Shown piece after piece: positions 7,744 through 15,508 of a stretch of 20,000 nucleotides of DNA. Under the pieces are notes generated by a model that made no database searches, was not told the origin of the DNA, and saw only the letters and a program-made list of their open reading frames with translations. Both the position numbers and the translations under genes were made by a program. Each line of letters starts with the position of its first letter. The stretch's first letter is position 1. Source of the DNA: an uncultured virus (IMG/VR IMGVR_UViG_3300047172_000194) (taxonomy: Duplodnaviria; Heunggongvirae; Uroviricota; Caudoviricetes); IMG/VR virus record IMGVR_UViG_3300047172_000194; one strand, 5' to 3'.

Positions 7744-9684
7744 ATGGACCGCATCATCCAGCAGCCCGGCCAGATTCCGCTCGTCGAGCAGGCCCTGGCG
7801 CAGCAGCGCATGGCAATGGTCAGCGCGGCCGCGCTCGCCCAGGCAATCCTCGGCACCGGCACCCTGGTGGACGGCCTCGCCTGCACGCCGGTGGCCGGTG
7901 CGTTGTCGGTCAGCATCGGGCCGGGAACCATCTTCAGCCAGCAGGTCCTCGACCAGAACCCGTTCGGCGTACTGCCCGCGGACACGGCCCACGCCATCGT
8001 CAAGTATGGCGTCAACCTGGACGCGGTCCCCTTCGTCCTGGCCGCGCCCGCGACCGCCGGGCAGTCGGTGAACATCCTCATCGAGGCCTGTTTCCTCGAG
8101 ACGGACGGCAACGCGCTGGAGCTGCCGTTCTACAACTCGGCGAACCCCGGGCAGCCTTTCTCGGGTCCGGGTGGCGGCGGCGCGACCGTAAACACCACGC
8201 GGACGGCGCGCGTCCAGATGCAGGCCAAGGCGGGCGTCGCGGCGGCCGCCGGAACCCAGCTCACGCCCGCGGTGGATGCCGGTTGGGTGCCGCTCTACGT
8301 CATCACGCTGGGAGCAGGGGCCACATCCGTCCTGCCCGCGAACATCGCGGTCGCACCGGGCGCGCCTTTCATCACGGTCAAGCTGCCGCAGATGGCGACG
8401 GCCACCGGGAAGAGCCAGGGGTTCATCGACGCGCGCGTGGACCACGGCGCCAAGGGAGACGGCGTCACCGACGACACGCTGGCCCTCGAGGCCGCGCTGC
8501 TCGACATGGCGACGAGCGGCAAGCCGCTGTTCATCCCGGCGGGCCACTACATCTGCAATTCGGCGCTCAACGTCGATGTCGCGCCGTGCTCGAAGACCGG
8601 CTTCCGCATCTTCGGCGCTGGCGGCCAGAACACCCTTATCGACTTCCTCGGGGTGCCAGCGGGCCAGGGCACGCCGCTCGCCTTCCTGTGCTCCACGGGA
8701 GCCACCGGCGGCGCGTTCTACGGGCGCATGTATGACGTGGCCATCAAGGGCAACTACGCGGGGCCGCTCGTCAGGGTGGGGCAGGACAGCTTCGTCGACG
8801 CCTTCAACAATTATACGGCGGACGGCCTGATTATCAACAACCTGTCCACTGACCCCGCGACCGCCGGGGTGCGCCTGAACTACCTCATCACGTGCAACTT
8901 CACCGACTGCTCGGTGAACTGCGCGGGCGTCGGCGACGCGGTCCAGTGCCGTCAGGTGCAGCGCTCGAAGATCGACGGCGCCCTGGGCACCGCGACGAAC
9001 GCCGTCCACTTCTTCGACGGCTACAACTTCTCGGTGCAGGTCGAAATCGACGCCGAGAACATCCAGCGCGTCATCAAGAGCAGCAACCCGCAGACCACGA
9101 AGATTTCCTTCGAGGAAGGCCAGTGGGTCCCGCTCGCGACCGACGGCGCCATCGACGCGCCCTATGCCGCGAACTTCTGGGTCGGCTCCTCGGTGAACCT
9201 CGGCAACGGCGGCCCGTGGACCACCCCCGCGACCGTCGGCGTGTTCGTGCAGAACACGGGCGTCGGCGTCATCACCACCGGCGGCGAGACCATCGCCCCG
9301 GTCACAGGCGACGCGGTCGTAAGCCTCCAGGCTCCCACCGGGTTTTCGGCCTTCTGGAAGATGCTCACGGGTACCGTGATGCGCTGGCAGTGGGGCAAGA
9401 ACCAGGCTGCGGAGACGGGCGGAAACGCCGGGTCCGACCTGATCCTGAGTAGGTTCGACGATACGGGCCACGTCATCGACAACCCGATCTCGGTCAACCG
9501 GGCCTCCGGCAGGACCACGGTCACTGCGCTGCAGGCGACCCTGTTCGGCGTTGGTTCGGCGACACCGGTCGGGCCTTACAACTTCGTGGGAAGCCGCTCC
9601 GGCACGCCGACCGCGGCACAGTTCGCGCAGATCTACACCGCGCTTGCCGCCTGCGGCATCGGCACCGACAGCACCACCGCGTAA
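7744..9684 (+). CDS. Tailspike / tail fibre with pectate-lyase-3-like beta-helix (putative polysaccharide depolymerase)
   Basis: ATG 7744 after GAGGA; N-terminal baseplate-anchoring region (MDRIIQQPGQIPL...DAGWVPLYVITL); HGAKGDGVTDDTLALEAAL...LFIPAGHY beta-helix cap motif; N/D/G-rich body; RWQWG...GNAGSDLILSRFDDTG fibre motif. Confidence 0.85.
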   Translation: MDRIIQQPGQIPLVEQALAQQRMAMVSAAALAQAILGTGTLVDGLACTPVAGALSVSIGPGTIFSQQVLDQNPFGVLPADTAHAIVKYGVNLDAVPFVLAAPATAGQSVNILIEACFLETDGNALELPFYNSANPGQPFSGPGGGGATVNTTRTARVQMQAKAGVAAAAGTQLTPAVDAGWVPLYVITLGAGATSVLPANIAVAPGAPFITVKLPQMATATGKSQGFIDARVDHGAKGDGVTDDTLALEAALLDMATSGKPLFIPAGHYICNSALNVDVAPCSKTGFRIFGAGGQNTLIDFLGVPAGQGTPLAFLCSTGATGGAFYGRMYDVAIKGNYAGPLVRVGQDSFVDAFNNYTADGLIINNLSTDPATAGVRLNYLITCNFTDCSVNCAGVGDAVQCRQVQRSKIDGALGTATNAVHFFDGYNFSVQVEIDAENIQRVIKSSNPQTTKISFEEGQWVPLATDGAIDAPYAANFWVGSSVNLGNGGPWTTPATVGVFVQNTGVGVITTGGETIAPVTGDAVVSLQAPTGFSAFWKMLTGTVMRWQWGKNQAAETGGNAGSDLILSRFDDTGHVIDNPISVNRASGRTTVTALQATLFGVGSATPVGPYNFVGSRSGTPTAAQFAQIYTALAACGIGTDSTTA

Positions 9685-9696
9685 CGGAGGCGAACC

Positions 9697-10143
9697 ATGC
9701 CCGTCCTTGCCCAGGTCACATCCGGCGCGGTCGCCGCCATCGCGGCGTTCCCGGCCGGAGCGGACACGTCCTCCGAGCTCGCCGCGGGCTGGTTGGACGT
9801 CTCGTCCGTCACGCCGCCCGTCCAGGTCGGAGCGACCTACGCTGGCGGAGCGTTCACCAACCCGTCTGTCGTAGCGTCGTTGCAGATTACCCCTCTCCAG
9901 TTTCGGGCGCTCTTCACACCTGCCGAGACCACGGGAATCTACATCGCGGCCCATGCGGCGATGAACGCCTCGCCGCCAAACCCCGCGCTCCAGATCTGGC
10001 TCGATGACAGCGCCGCTGCCGATTACATCGACCTGATGGACGCGCGCACCACCGCCGGGATCGCGGCACTCGTGTCCTTCGGGCTTCTGACCCAGGCGCG
10101 TGCCATCGCCATCATCGCCAACCAGGCACCCCCGACGTCCTGA
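9697..10143 (+). CDS. Putative tail fibre assembly/chaperone-type protein
   Basis: 148 aa after GGAGG, directly after the tailspike; VGATYAGGAFT, ITPLQFRALFTPAE, IDLMDART.AGIAALV..GLLTQARA motifs. Confidence 0.65.
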   Translation: MPVLAQVTSGAVAAIAAFPAGADTSSELAAGWLDVSSVTPPVQVGATYAGGAFTNPSVVASLQITPLQFRALFTPAETTGIYIAAHAAMNASPPNPALQIWLDDSAAADYIDLMDARTTAGIAALVSFGLLTQARAIAIIANQAPPTS

Positions 10144-10150
10144 GGTCGCC

Positions 10151-10450
10151 ATGTCCTGCAAGCTGTGCGCCGGGCTCAAGCAGCTCGGCCTGAATTTCGC
10201 CCTCCTGACCGACAAGGCGCTCAACACGATCCTGGCGGGGGACCCCAACGAGACCGTCAGCCAGCGCACGGCACGCGCACGGGAAGCCGGGCAGCGCTGG
10301 GCCACCCACGCCTGCGCGGTCCTGACCTGGGCTGGCAACCTGATGGGCGCGAACAGGGACCACTGCACGTGGGCGCTGTCCCCCGGTTCCATCGGCGCCG
10401 AGGTCTGGGACTGGTCGCCGACCGTCGCGGATCCCGAGACATCTGCCTAA
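10151..10450 (+). CDS. Conserved small phage protein (GDPNETVS...C...DHC type)
   Basis: ATG after GAGG; DKALNTILAGDPNETVSQR...W...AC.VL...DHC pattern of small phage proteins seen after tail genes. Confidence 0.7.
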   Translation: MSCKLCAGLKQLGLNFALLTDKALNTILAGDPNETVSQRTARAREAGQRWATHACAVLTWAGNLMGANRDHCTWALSPGSIGAEVWDWSPTVADPETSA

Positions 10451-10510
10451 CCACTCCCTGCGCCCTCCTGTGAAGGCGTCAGTCACCCCCGTCCCGCAGG
10501 AAACACGAAG

Positions 10511-10810
10511 ATGTCCACACCCATCCCAGAAATCCCCGAGGGCGCTTACGGCGTCCTGGCCGCCCTCGTGACTCAGGCCGTCCTGACGGTGTGGCACGCG
10601 GCGACCGCGTGGACCCGCATCAAGGCTTCCGAGGAACGGGCGCGGGAGCACACGGCCCGCCTGGATCGCCTGGAGGCCCGCATGGAGGACCACGACGACA
10701 AGCTGGACAAGCTGTTCGGCGAGGTCCGCGAGAGGTTGGCACGCATCGAGGCGACGCTCTCGATAATCAGCGGCATGGCCCCCGGTCGCCGCTTGCACGA
10801 CGGAAACTAA
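10511..10810 (+). CDS. Single-TM plus coiled-coil phage membrane protein (holin/antiholin-like)
   Basis: 99 aa; hydrophobic segment AYGVLAALVTQAVLTVW then heptads RLDRLEARMEDHDDKLDKLFGEVRERLARIEATL. Confidence 0.65.
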   Translation: MSTPIPEIPEGAYGVLAALVTQAVLTVWHAATAWTRIKASEERAREHTARLDRLEARMEDHDDKLDKLFGEVRERLARIEATLSIISGMAPGRRLHDGN

Positions 10811-10931
10811 CCGGAACGCCGTCAACGCATTGGCAAGTAACGCTTTTCTGTCACGATTTCGTTGATTTCCTTCGTCGCCACGTGGTTTCGTTACCACACG
10901 GGTGCTCGGGGGAGTGCCGGGGGAAAGCGGA

Positions 10932-12665
10932 ATGCCTGCTCTCACACCATCGGCGGCGGCGGCCCTGGTCGCCGAGCACGGCAGCATCAGGAAGGCGGCC
11001 GCTGCATCGGGGCACAACAAGGAAGCGATCAGGGTAGCCTCGTTGCAGGCGAAGGCCGCGAACGGCAATGACGGTCTTGCAGCTGCGCTGACCGCGCTGG
11101 CCCGTGCGCAGGCACAGCAGACCCAGCTCCTGGCGAAGCTCGCATCCAAGCCGCTGGTGGCCAAGGAAACTGTCCGCAAGGAAAAGCCGGAGAAGCCGGT
11201 GTCCGGCGGCAGCGTCGGCCTCGTCCACACCAAGGCGACACGGGCGAACGGCCAGCGCTTTGTCATCACCGGCGCGCAGAACAACACTGACGTCCACCCT
11301 GAATTCCTCGCGACCCTGCTGAACTTCTGCGAGATCCACGACGCGCAGCTGATGGTCGGCCTCAACACATACAACCGGGCCGCCTGGGGCAGTCCCGCGC
11401 AGGTCACGAAGGACGAAGAGGACGACGGCGAAGTCTGGTTCGACCCGTCCATCCAGGACTATGCCCAGCGGGGCTCAATTCACCTTGCGCCGGACCTCGC
11501 GTTCTGCGCCGAACTCGACATCCTGCCGACCGCCGCAGACCCTCTGAGCGGTCTGGACAGCTACACGCGGAACGCATCGGGCATCGTGGCCCACCCCCGC
11601 GTCGGCATGAAGCCGATGCCCAGGATGCCAGGCACTGAGCCGCGGCACATGTGGACCACCGGCTATCTGACGCAGCGAAATTACATCCCAAGGAAAATGG
11701 GCCAGAAGGCCGAGTTTCACCACACTTATGGCGCTATCTTCGTCGAAATAGATGACGATGGCGTATGGTTTGCCTACCAGCTCGTGGCCGACGAGAATGG
11801 CACCTTTTGCCACCTCAATCACGAATATGGGCCCGACTTCTGCAGGCCGGTGCGCGCTGCCGGTCTGACGCTCGGCGACGTCCACATTGCCCACATTGAC
11901 CCAGATGTCGCCTCCGGTACCATCGACGGACCGAACAGCGTCCTGAACGTCCTGCAGCCTGGGAACCTCTTCATAGAAGACCTCATCGACTTTGAGGGGC
12001 GCAACCACCACAACATTAAGGACCCCCATTTTCTGGCCCGTATGCACGCCCGAGGGCGTTCGTCGGTCGAACAGGAAATGGGCGAGGCAGCAGACTTCCT
12101 GCGCCGTGTCAGCAGGCCGTGGTGCGAAACCGTCGTGGTCGAGAGCAACCACGATAAAGCGTTTTCCCGATGGCTCAAGGAGGCCGACGGCCACCGAGAT
12201 CCGCCAAACGCCCGCTACTGGCACAAGTGGAACGAGGCATCGTTCGCCGCAATCGAGCGCGACGACAACCGGTTCTCCGCTTTTGAAGGCGCCGTTCGGG
12301 AGAAGCTCGGATACCTGCCGCAGGTCCGCTTCCTGCGCGAGAACGACAGCTTCCAGTTGCTCGGCATAGAGTGCGGAATGCATGGGCACAATGGGGTCAA
12401 TGGTGCTCGCGCCAACCCGCGCAGCTTCCGCGCCTTGGGCACGAAGTGCACCACCGCGCACACGCATTCGCCGCAGATCGTCGAGGGCGTCTACGTCGCC
12501 GGAACGATGACGAAAATGGACCTCGGCTACAACGTCGGTCCCACCAGCTGGGCGCACGCCCACGTCGTCACCTATGCGAACGGCAAGCGCGCCGTGCTCC
12601 TGATGCGCGGCCGCCGCTGGCGCGCCCGTCGTCACGACGTCGTCGAGGAAAGGCTAGCAGCATGA
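10932..12665 (+). CDS. Phage T5 A1-like protein: calcineurin-like metallophosphoesterase/nuclease with N-terminal HTH-like segment
   Basis: 577 aa from ATG 10932; RFVITGAQNNT.VH, ILPTAADPLSG, TTG..T.RNYI..K.GQKAEFHH.YGA..VE.D.DG (recalled as A1-like); metallophosphoesterase motifs GDVH, DLIDFE, SNHD, MHGH, AHTHS; N-terminal HGSIRKAAAASG. Confidence 0.8.
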   Translation: MPALTPSAAAALVAEHGSIRKAAAASGHNKEAIRVASLQAKAANGNDGLAAALTALARAQAQQTQLLAKLASKPLVAKETVRKEKPEKPVSGGSVGLVHTKATRANGQRFVITGAQNNTDVHPEFLATLLNFCEIHDAQLMVGLNTYNRAAWGSPAQVTKDEEDDGEVWFDPSIQDYAQRGSIHLAPDLAFCAELDILPTAADPLSGLDSYTRNASGIVAHPRVGMKPMPRMPGTEPRHMWTTGYLTQRNYIPRKMGQKAEFHHTYGAIFVEIDDDGVWFAYQLVADENGTFCHLNHEYGPDFCRPVRAAGLTLGDVHIAHIDPDVASGTIDGPNSVLNVLQPGNLFIEDLIDFEGRNHHNIKDPHFLARMHARGRSSVEQEMGEAADFLRRVSRPWCETVVVESNHDKAFSRWLKEADGHRDPPNARYWHKWNEASFAAIERDDNRFSAFEGAVREKLGYLPQVRFLRENDSFQLLGIECGMHGHNGVNGARANPRSFRALGTKCTTAHTHSPQIVEGVYVAGTMTKMDLGYNVGPTSWAHAHVVTYANGKRAVLLMRGRRWRARRHDVVEERLAA

Positions 12666-12871
12666 CCCTCGAGGAATTCAGGGCTCGCCAAGCAGCCCGC
12701 ACGCCGGAAGAGGTCCAACGACACGAGGAACTCCGCAAGCTGGCACGCGCGCGAATCGCAATGAATGAGATCGCTAAGGAATGCGTGGCCATGCCCGTGA
12801 GACGTTTCGACAGCGTGGACGCCCTGTTCGCTGCTGCCGACGCACGGGGCGCGGCGAAGGAATCAGCATGA
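12662..12871 (+). CDS. Small protein with RelB/DinJ-like C-terminal motif
   Basis: 69 aa; ATGA overlaps at both ends; ...IAMNEIAKE...RRFDSVDALFAA. Confidence 0.65.
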   Translation: MTLEEFRARQAARTPEEVQRHEELRKLARARIAMNEIAKECVAMPVRRFDSVDALFAAADARGAAKESA

Positions 12872-13077
12872 GCAACCTGGACGAGGACGAAGGCATGGAC
12901 ATGCAGGTCGTCGCCGCGGCCGCGCTGCTGGCGAACATCATCGCCGTAGGTCGCGTGGCGCGCCTTCAAGGAGAGCGGCCCTGCGACTGCCCGTTTCCTG
13001 ACTTCACCAACGGGTCTCTTGCTTGGTTATCCGGATACACCGGCGCCTCGATTTCCTCTGCCAGCGGGAACGCCTGA
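12868..13077 (+). CDS. RMF/CrpP-fold small protein
   Basis: 69 aa, ATGA overlap, AAGGA RBS; GRVARLQGERPCDCPF...LAWLSGY matches the G..A...G.....CP[YF]......W..G[WY] pattern of ribosome modulation factor-like proteins. Confidence 0.65.
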   Translation: MSNLDEDEGMDMQVVAAAALLANIIAVGRVARLQGERPCDCPFPDFTNGSLAWLSGYTGASISSASGNA

Positions 13078-13097
13078 AAAAACCGAAGGAGAACAAC

Positions 13098-13256
13098 ATG
13101 CGCACTCTGTTCGTTGCCGCAATCCTCGCCGTCGCCATGGCGCACCCAGCGCTCGCATCCGTGCATCCCGCGCCGCTGCCGCCGCTCGCCGCTTCTCCGC
13201 TGGGCATTCTGGCCGCCGCCGGGTTCGCGCTGCGCCGAAAGGTCCGCAAGGGCTGA
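13098..13256 (+). CDS. 52-aa secreted/membrane micro-protein: signal peptide plus VPLPA/PEP-CTERM-like tail (or small 2-TM holin-like)
   Basis: Strong AAGGAG RBS; MRTLFVAAILAVAMAHPALA | SVHP APLPPLAASPLGILAAAGFAL RRKVRKG. Confidence 0.7.
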   Translation: MRTLFVAAILAVAMAHPALASVHPAPLPPLAASPLGILAAAGFALRRKVRKG

Positions 13257-13308
13257 TACGCCACCACGCAATTAGCTCCGGGCGCTAACTAGCCCGCGGA
13301 GAACCGTC

Positions 13309-14082
13309 ATGGACATCATCGGAAACATCGAGGCCGACCTCGGCCTCGGTGGCAGCACGCCTGCGCCCGACGCACCGGCTCCCGACATCTCGGTTGCAAC
13401 CGACATCGCGGCGCCCGACGTCGCGCCCGAGGCTCCCGCTGCTGCGCCGGTTGACCCGCGTATCGTCGCCGCAGTCGGCGCGGTCGCGCCCACCGTGGAT
13501 GCCGATGTTTGGGCCGCCGCGCTCGCCGTGCCAATGGCGACCTATGCCATTGCGGCGACCGACAACCGTCTTGCCGCTTTCATGGGTCAGGTCGCCGAGG
13601 AAACAGGCGGCTTCACCGTCATGCAGGAAAACCTGCACTACCAGGCTGCCCGCCTGTGCGCGGTTTGGCCGGGGCGTTTCCCGTCGCTGACGGATGCCGA
13701 GCCATACGCGATGAACCCCGAGAAACTGGCGAACAAAGTCTATGCCGGTCGCCTGGGCAACGGCGATGAGGCCTCGGGAGACGGATACCGCTTCCGCGGA
13801 ATGGGCCTTATCCAACTCACCGGTCGGTCCCTGTTCACCTCGTTCGGCCGCACGGTTGGAAAGTCGGCCGAGGACGCCGCCGCGTGGTGTTTGACGCCCG
13901 AGGGAGCCGCCGCCAGCGCGTGCTGGTATTGGGCGACCAGGAAGCTGAATCCTTACGCCGACGCCTGGGAAATCACCGAAATTACCAAACTGGTAAACGG
14001 TGGCCTGACGAACCTGGACACGCGCCTGCGGCTATCGAACGCGGCGCTCGCTGCAATCAAAGCCGCCGCGCCAGTTGCCTGA
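13309..14082 (+). CDS. Endolysin, glycoside hydrolase family 19 (chitinase/lysozyme-like)
   Basis: RLAAFMGQVAEETGGF, ENLHY, LANKVY..RLGNG....GDGYRFRGMGLIQLTGR, SACWYW, ITKLVNGG...LDTR; acidic Pro/Ala-rich N-terminal extension. Confidence 0.93.
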   Translation: MDIIGNIEADLGLGGSTPAPDAPAPDISVATDIAAPDVAPEAPAAAPVDPRIVAAVGAVAPTVDADVWAAALAVPMATYAIAATDNRLAAFMGQVAEETGGFTVMQENLHYQAARLCAVWPGRFPSLTDAEPYAMNPEKLANKVYAGRLGNGDEASGDGYRFRGMGLIQLTGRSLFTSFGRTVGKSAEDAAAWCLTPEGAAASACWYWATRKLNPYADAWEITEITKLVNGGLTNLDTRLRLSNAALAAIKAAAPVA

Positions 14083-14092
14083 GGAGGTCCGC

Positions 14093-14380
14093 ATGAACCC
14101 GCTTCGCGACCAACTCGCGCAAGTCGTGGTCAGCATCGTCATCGTCATGGGCTTCATCTCGGTCCTGGCGCTCGTCCTGACGAAGGCGGTCCCAGAAGGG
14201 AACGCGGGCGTCGCCCATGAGCTCCTTGGAGCCCTTAGCGCCATGGCGACGATGGTCGCGAGCTACTGGCTCGGTTCCAGCGCCGGTGGCGCCCGCCGTG
14301 ACCGTATGCTTGCCGACGCACAGTCCGCGCTCGCTGCCTCTACGCCACCGGCTGGCGGAATTCCACCCAACCAAAACTGA
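14093..14380 (+). CDS. Holin (2 TM, YWLGSS motif)
   Basis: ATG after GAGGAGG; two hydrophobic helices followed by SYWLGSSAGG..RD; between endolysin and spanins. Confidence 0.75.
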   Translation: MNPLRDQLAQVVVSIVIVMGFISVLALVLTKAVPEGNAGVAHELLGALSAMATMVASYWLGSSAGGARRDRMLADAQSALAASTPPAGGIPPNQN

Positions 14381-14390
14381 GGAGGCCCAA

Positions 14391-14822
14391 GTGGGCACTT
14401 TGCTGAAAATGGCCCTCGGGTTCATCCCCGGAGTCGGCCCGCTGCTGTCCGGCGCAGCCTCCGCAATCGGTGGCATGTCGTGGAAAGTCTGGGCAGGTTT
14501 CGCAGCCGCCATCGCCGCGGCGGTTCTTGCCTGGAAAGCAGACGGCTACGTCGCCAGGGCGAACGCTGACCACCTCGCGGTCGCGGCACTCACCGCGCAG
14601 GTCGCCACGGCGACTGCTGCGGCAAACCAGAACGCTGCCGCGCTGAAGGCCGCCGAGGCACAGCACGCCGCCGTCATAGCCTCCGCCACCGCTGCCACCG
14701 CCGCTGCATCGGCGCGTGCTGACACCCTCAACCGCAAGCTGGAGGCACTCCGCCATGCGCCCCGTTCCGTCTGCACTCCTTCCGCTACTGCTCGCTCTCT
14801 CCTTGACGGCCTGCGCAAGTAA
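14391..14822 (+). CDS. Inner-membrane spanin (Rz-like)
   Basis: GTG start after GAGGAGG; N-terminal TM, Ala-rich coiled coil, single Cys near the C-terminus; overlaps the lipoprotein gene. Confidence 0.75.
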   Translation: MGTLLKMALGFIPGVGPLLSGAASAIGGMSWKVWAGFAAAIAAAVLAWKADGYVARANADHLAVAALTAQVATATAAANQNAAALKAAEAQHAAVIASATAATAAASARADTLNRKLEALRHAPRSVCTPSATARSLLDGLRK

Positions 14823-15051
14823 GCCGGTCGCCCCGCTCGTCATGGTGAGCCAGCCCGCGCCGCCCCCGGTGTCGGTCGCAGAAGGCGAACTGTTCCGCTG
14901 CGCCCCGACGCCGCTGCTCGGGCCGTCCGATGATGCTTACGAGGACGTCCTCGCCGAGGCGCTGCGTCTGCGCGAGGTCCTCGACGACTGCCGCGACATG
15001 AACAACCGACTCATCGACCTCGCCACGAAGCCCGCCGGAGCCAAGCCATGA
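14755..15051 (+). CDS. Outer-membrane spanin lipoprotein (Rz1-like)
   Basis: ATG 14755 after GGAGG inside the Rz-like gene; signal peptide with lipobox LTA-C, Pro-rich mature region, C...L.DC. Confidence 0.82.
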   Translation: MRPVPSALLPLLLALSLTACASKPVAPLVMVSQPAPPPVSVAEGELFRCAPTPLLGPSDDAYEDVLAEALRLREVLDDCRDMNNRLIDLATKPAGAKP

Positions 15052-15299
15052 GCAAGCTCGCCATCATCCTGATCTGCGCCGTCCTTGGCGTCGCGGCCCT
15101 CGGCGGACAGGGCTACCGCGATCGTGGTTTGCTTTCGGCCTCCCGCGCGGAGACGGCAGCGGCCAGGGCCGCGCAGGTAACCGCCGAGGCGGCCCAGGCC
15201 GCGGACGATGACCGTGATGCCAAGATTTCGGCGGCGGCCATCGAGGTGCTGCGACAGTTCACGCGACTGAAGACGGCGGCAGACTTCTGCCGAATGTGA
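15048..15299 (+). CDS. Membrane-anchored Ala-rich small protein (second Rz-like/accessory lysis protein)
   Basis: 83 aa, ATGA overlap; N-terminal TM, coiled-coil-like segment, terminal Cys; last gene before the terminator. Confidence 0.55.
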   Translation: MSKLAIILICAVLGVAALGGQGYRDRGLLSASRAETAAARAAQVTAEAAQAADDDRDAKISAAAIEVLRQFTRLKTAADFCRM

Positions 15300-15314
15300 A
15301 CCACTTACCAATGC

Positions 15315-15347
15315 AGAACCCCCTCCGGTTGGAGGGGGTTCTTTTCT
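15315..15347 (+). terminator. Rho-independent terminator ending the late/lysis operon
   Basis: AGAACCCCCTCC-GGTT-GGAGGGGGTTCT, 12-bp stem followed by TTTCT. Confidence 0.85.
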
Positions 15348-15437
15348 GCGTTCACGGGCTCCGCCTTCCAGCGGGTACGAGGTTCCCGGTGACTCCCGCC
15401 GCGCCGGGCACGGAACGTCATCCGATGGAATTCCGCC

Positions 15438-15482
15438 CTTGACGCGACATAGGTTCCGCATTACATGCGTCCTTGTTCCGCA
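15438..15482 (+). promoter_or_regulatory. RpoD-type promoter with tandem GTTCCGCA operator-like repeats
   Basis: CTTGAC (15438-15443), N17, TTACAT (15461-15466), similar to the rhizobial CTTGAC-N17-CTATAT consensus; GTTCCGCA at 15453-15460 and 15475-15482. Confidence 0.5.
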
Positions 15483-15508
15483 CATACGCAAACGAAAGGG
15501 ACCAAACG

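Noticed and set aside
6232..10143. Invertible tail-fibre cassette (Mu gin / P1 cin type)
   Set aside because: All fibre genes are co-oriented; no invertase gene or flanking inverted repeats were seen.
6898..10392. 1164-aa minus-strand ORF
   Set aside because: Antisense shadow of GC3-biased tail genes; Arg/Gly-rich with no motifs.
15453..15482. Second LexA box from the GTTC repeats
   Set aside because: Spacing is N18 rather than N7; better explained as a local operator.
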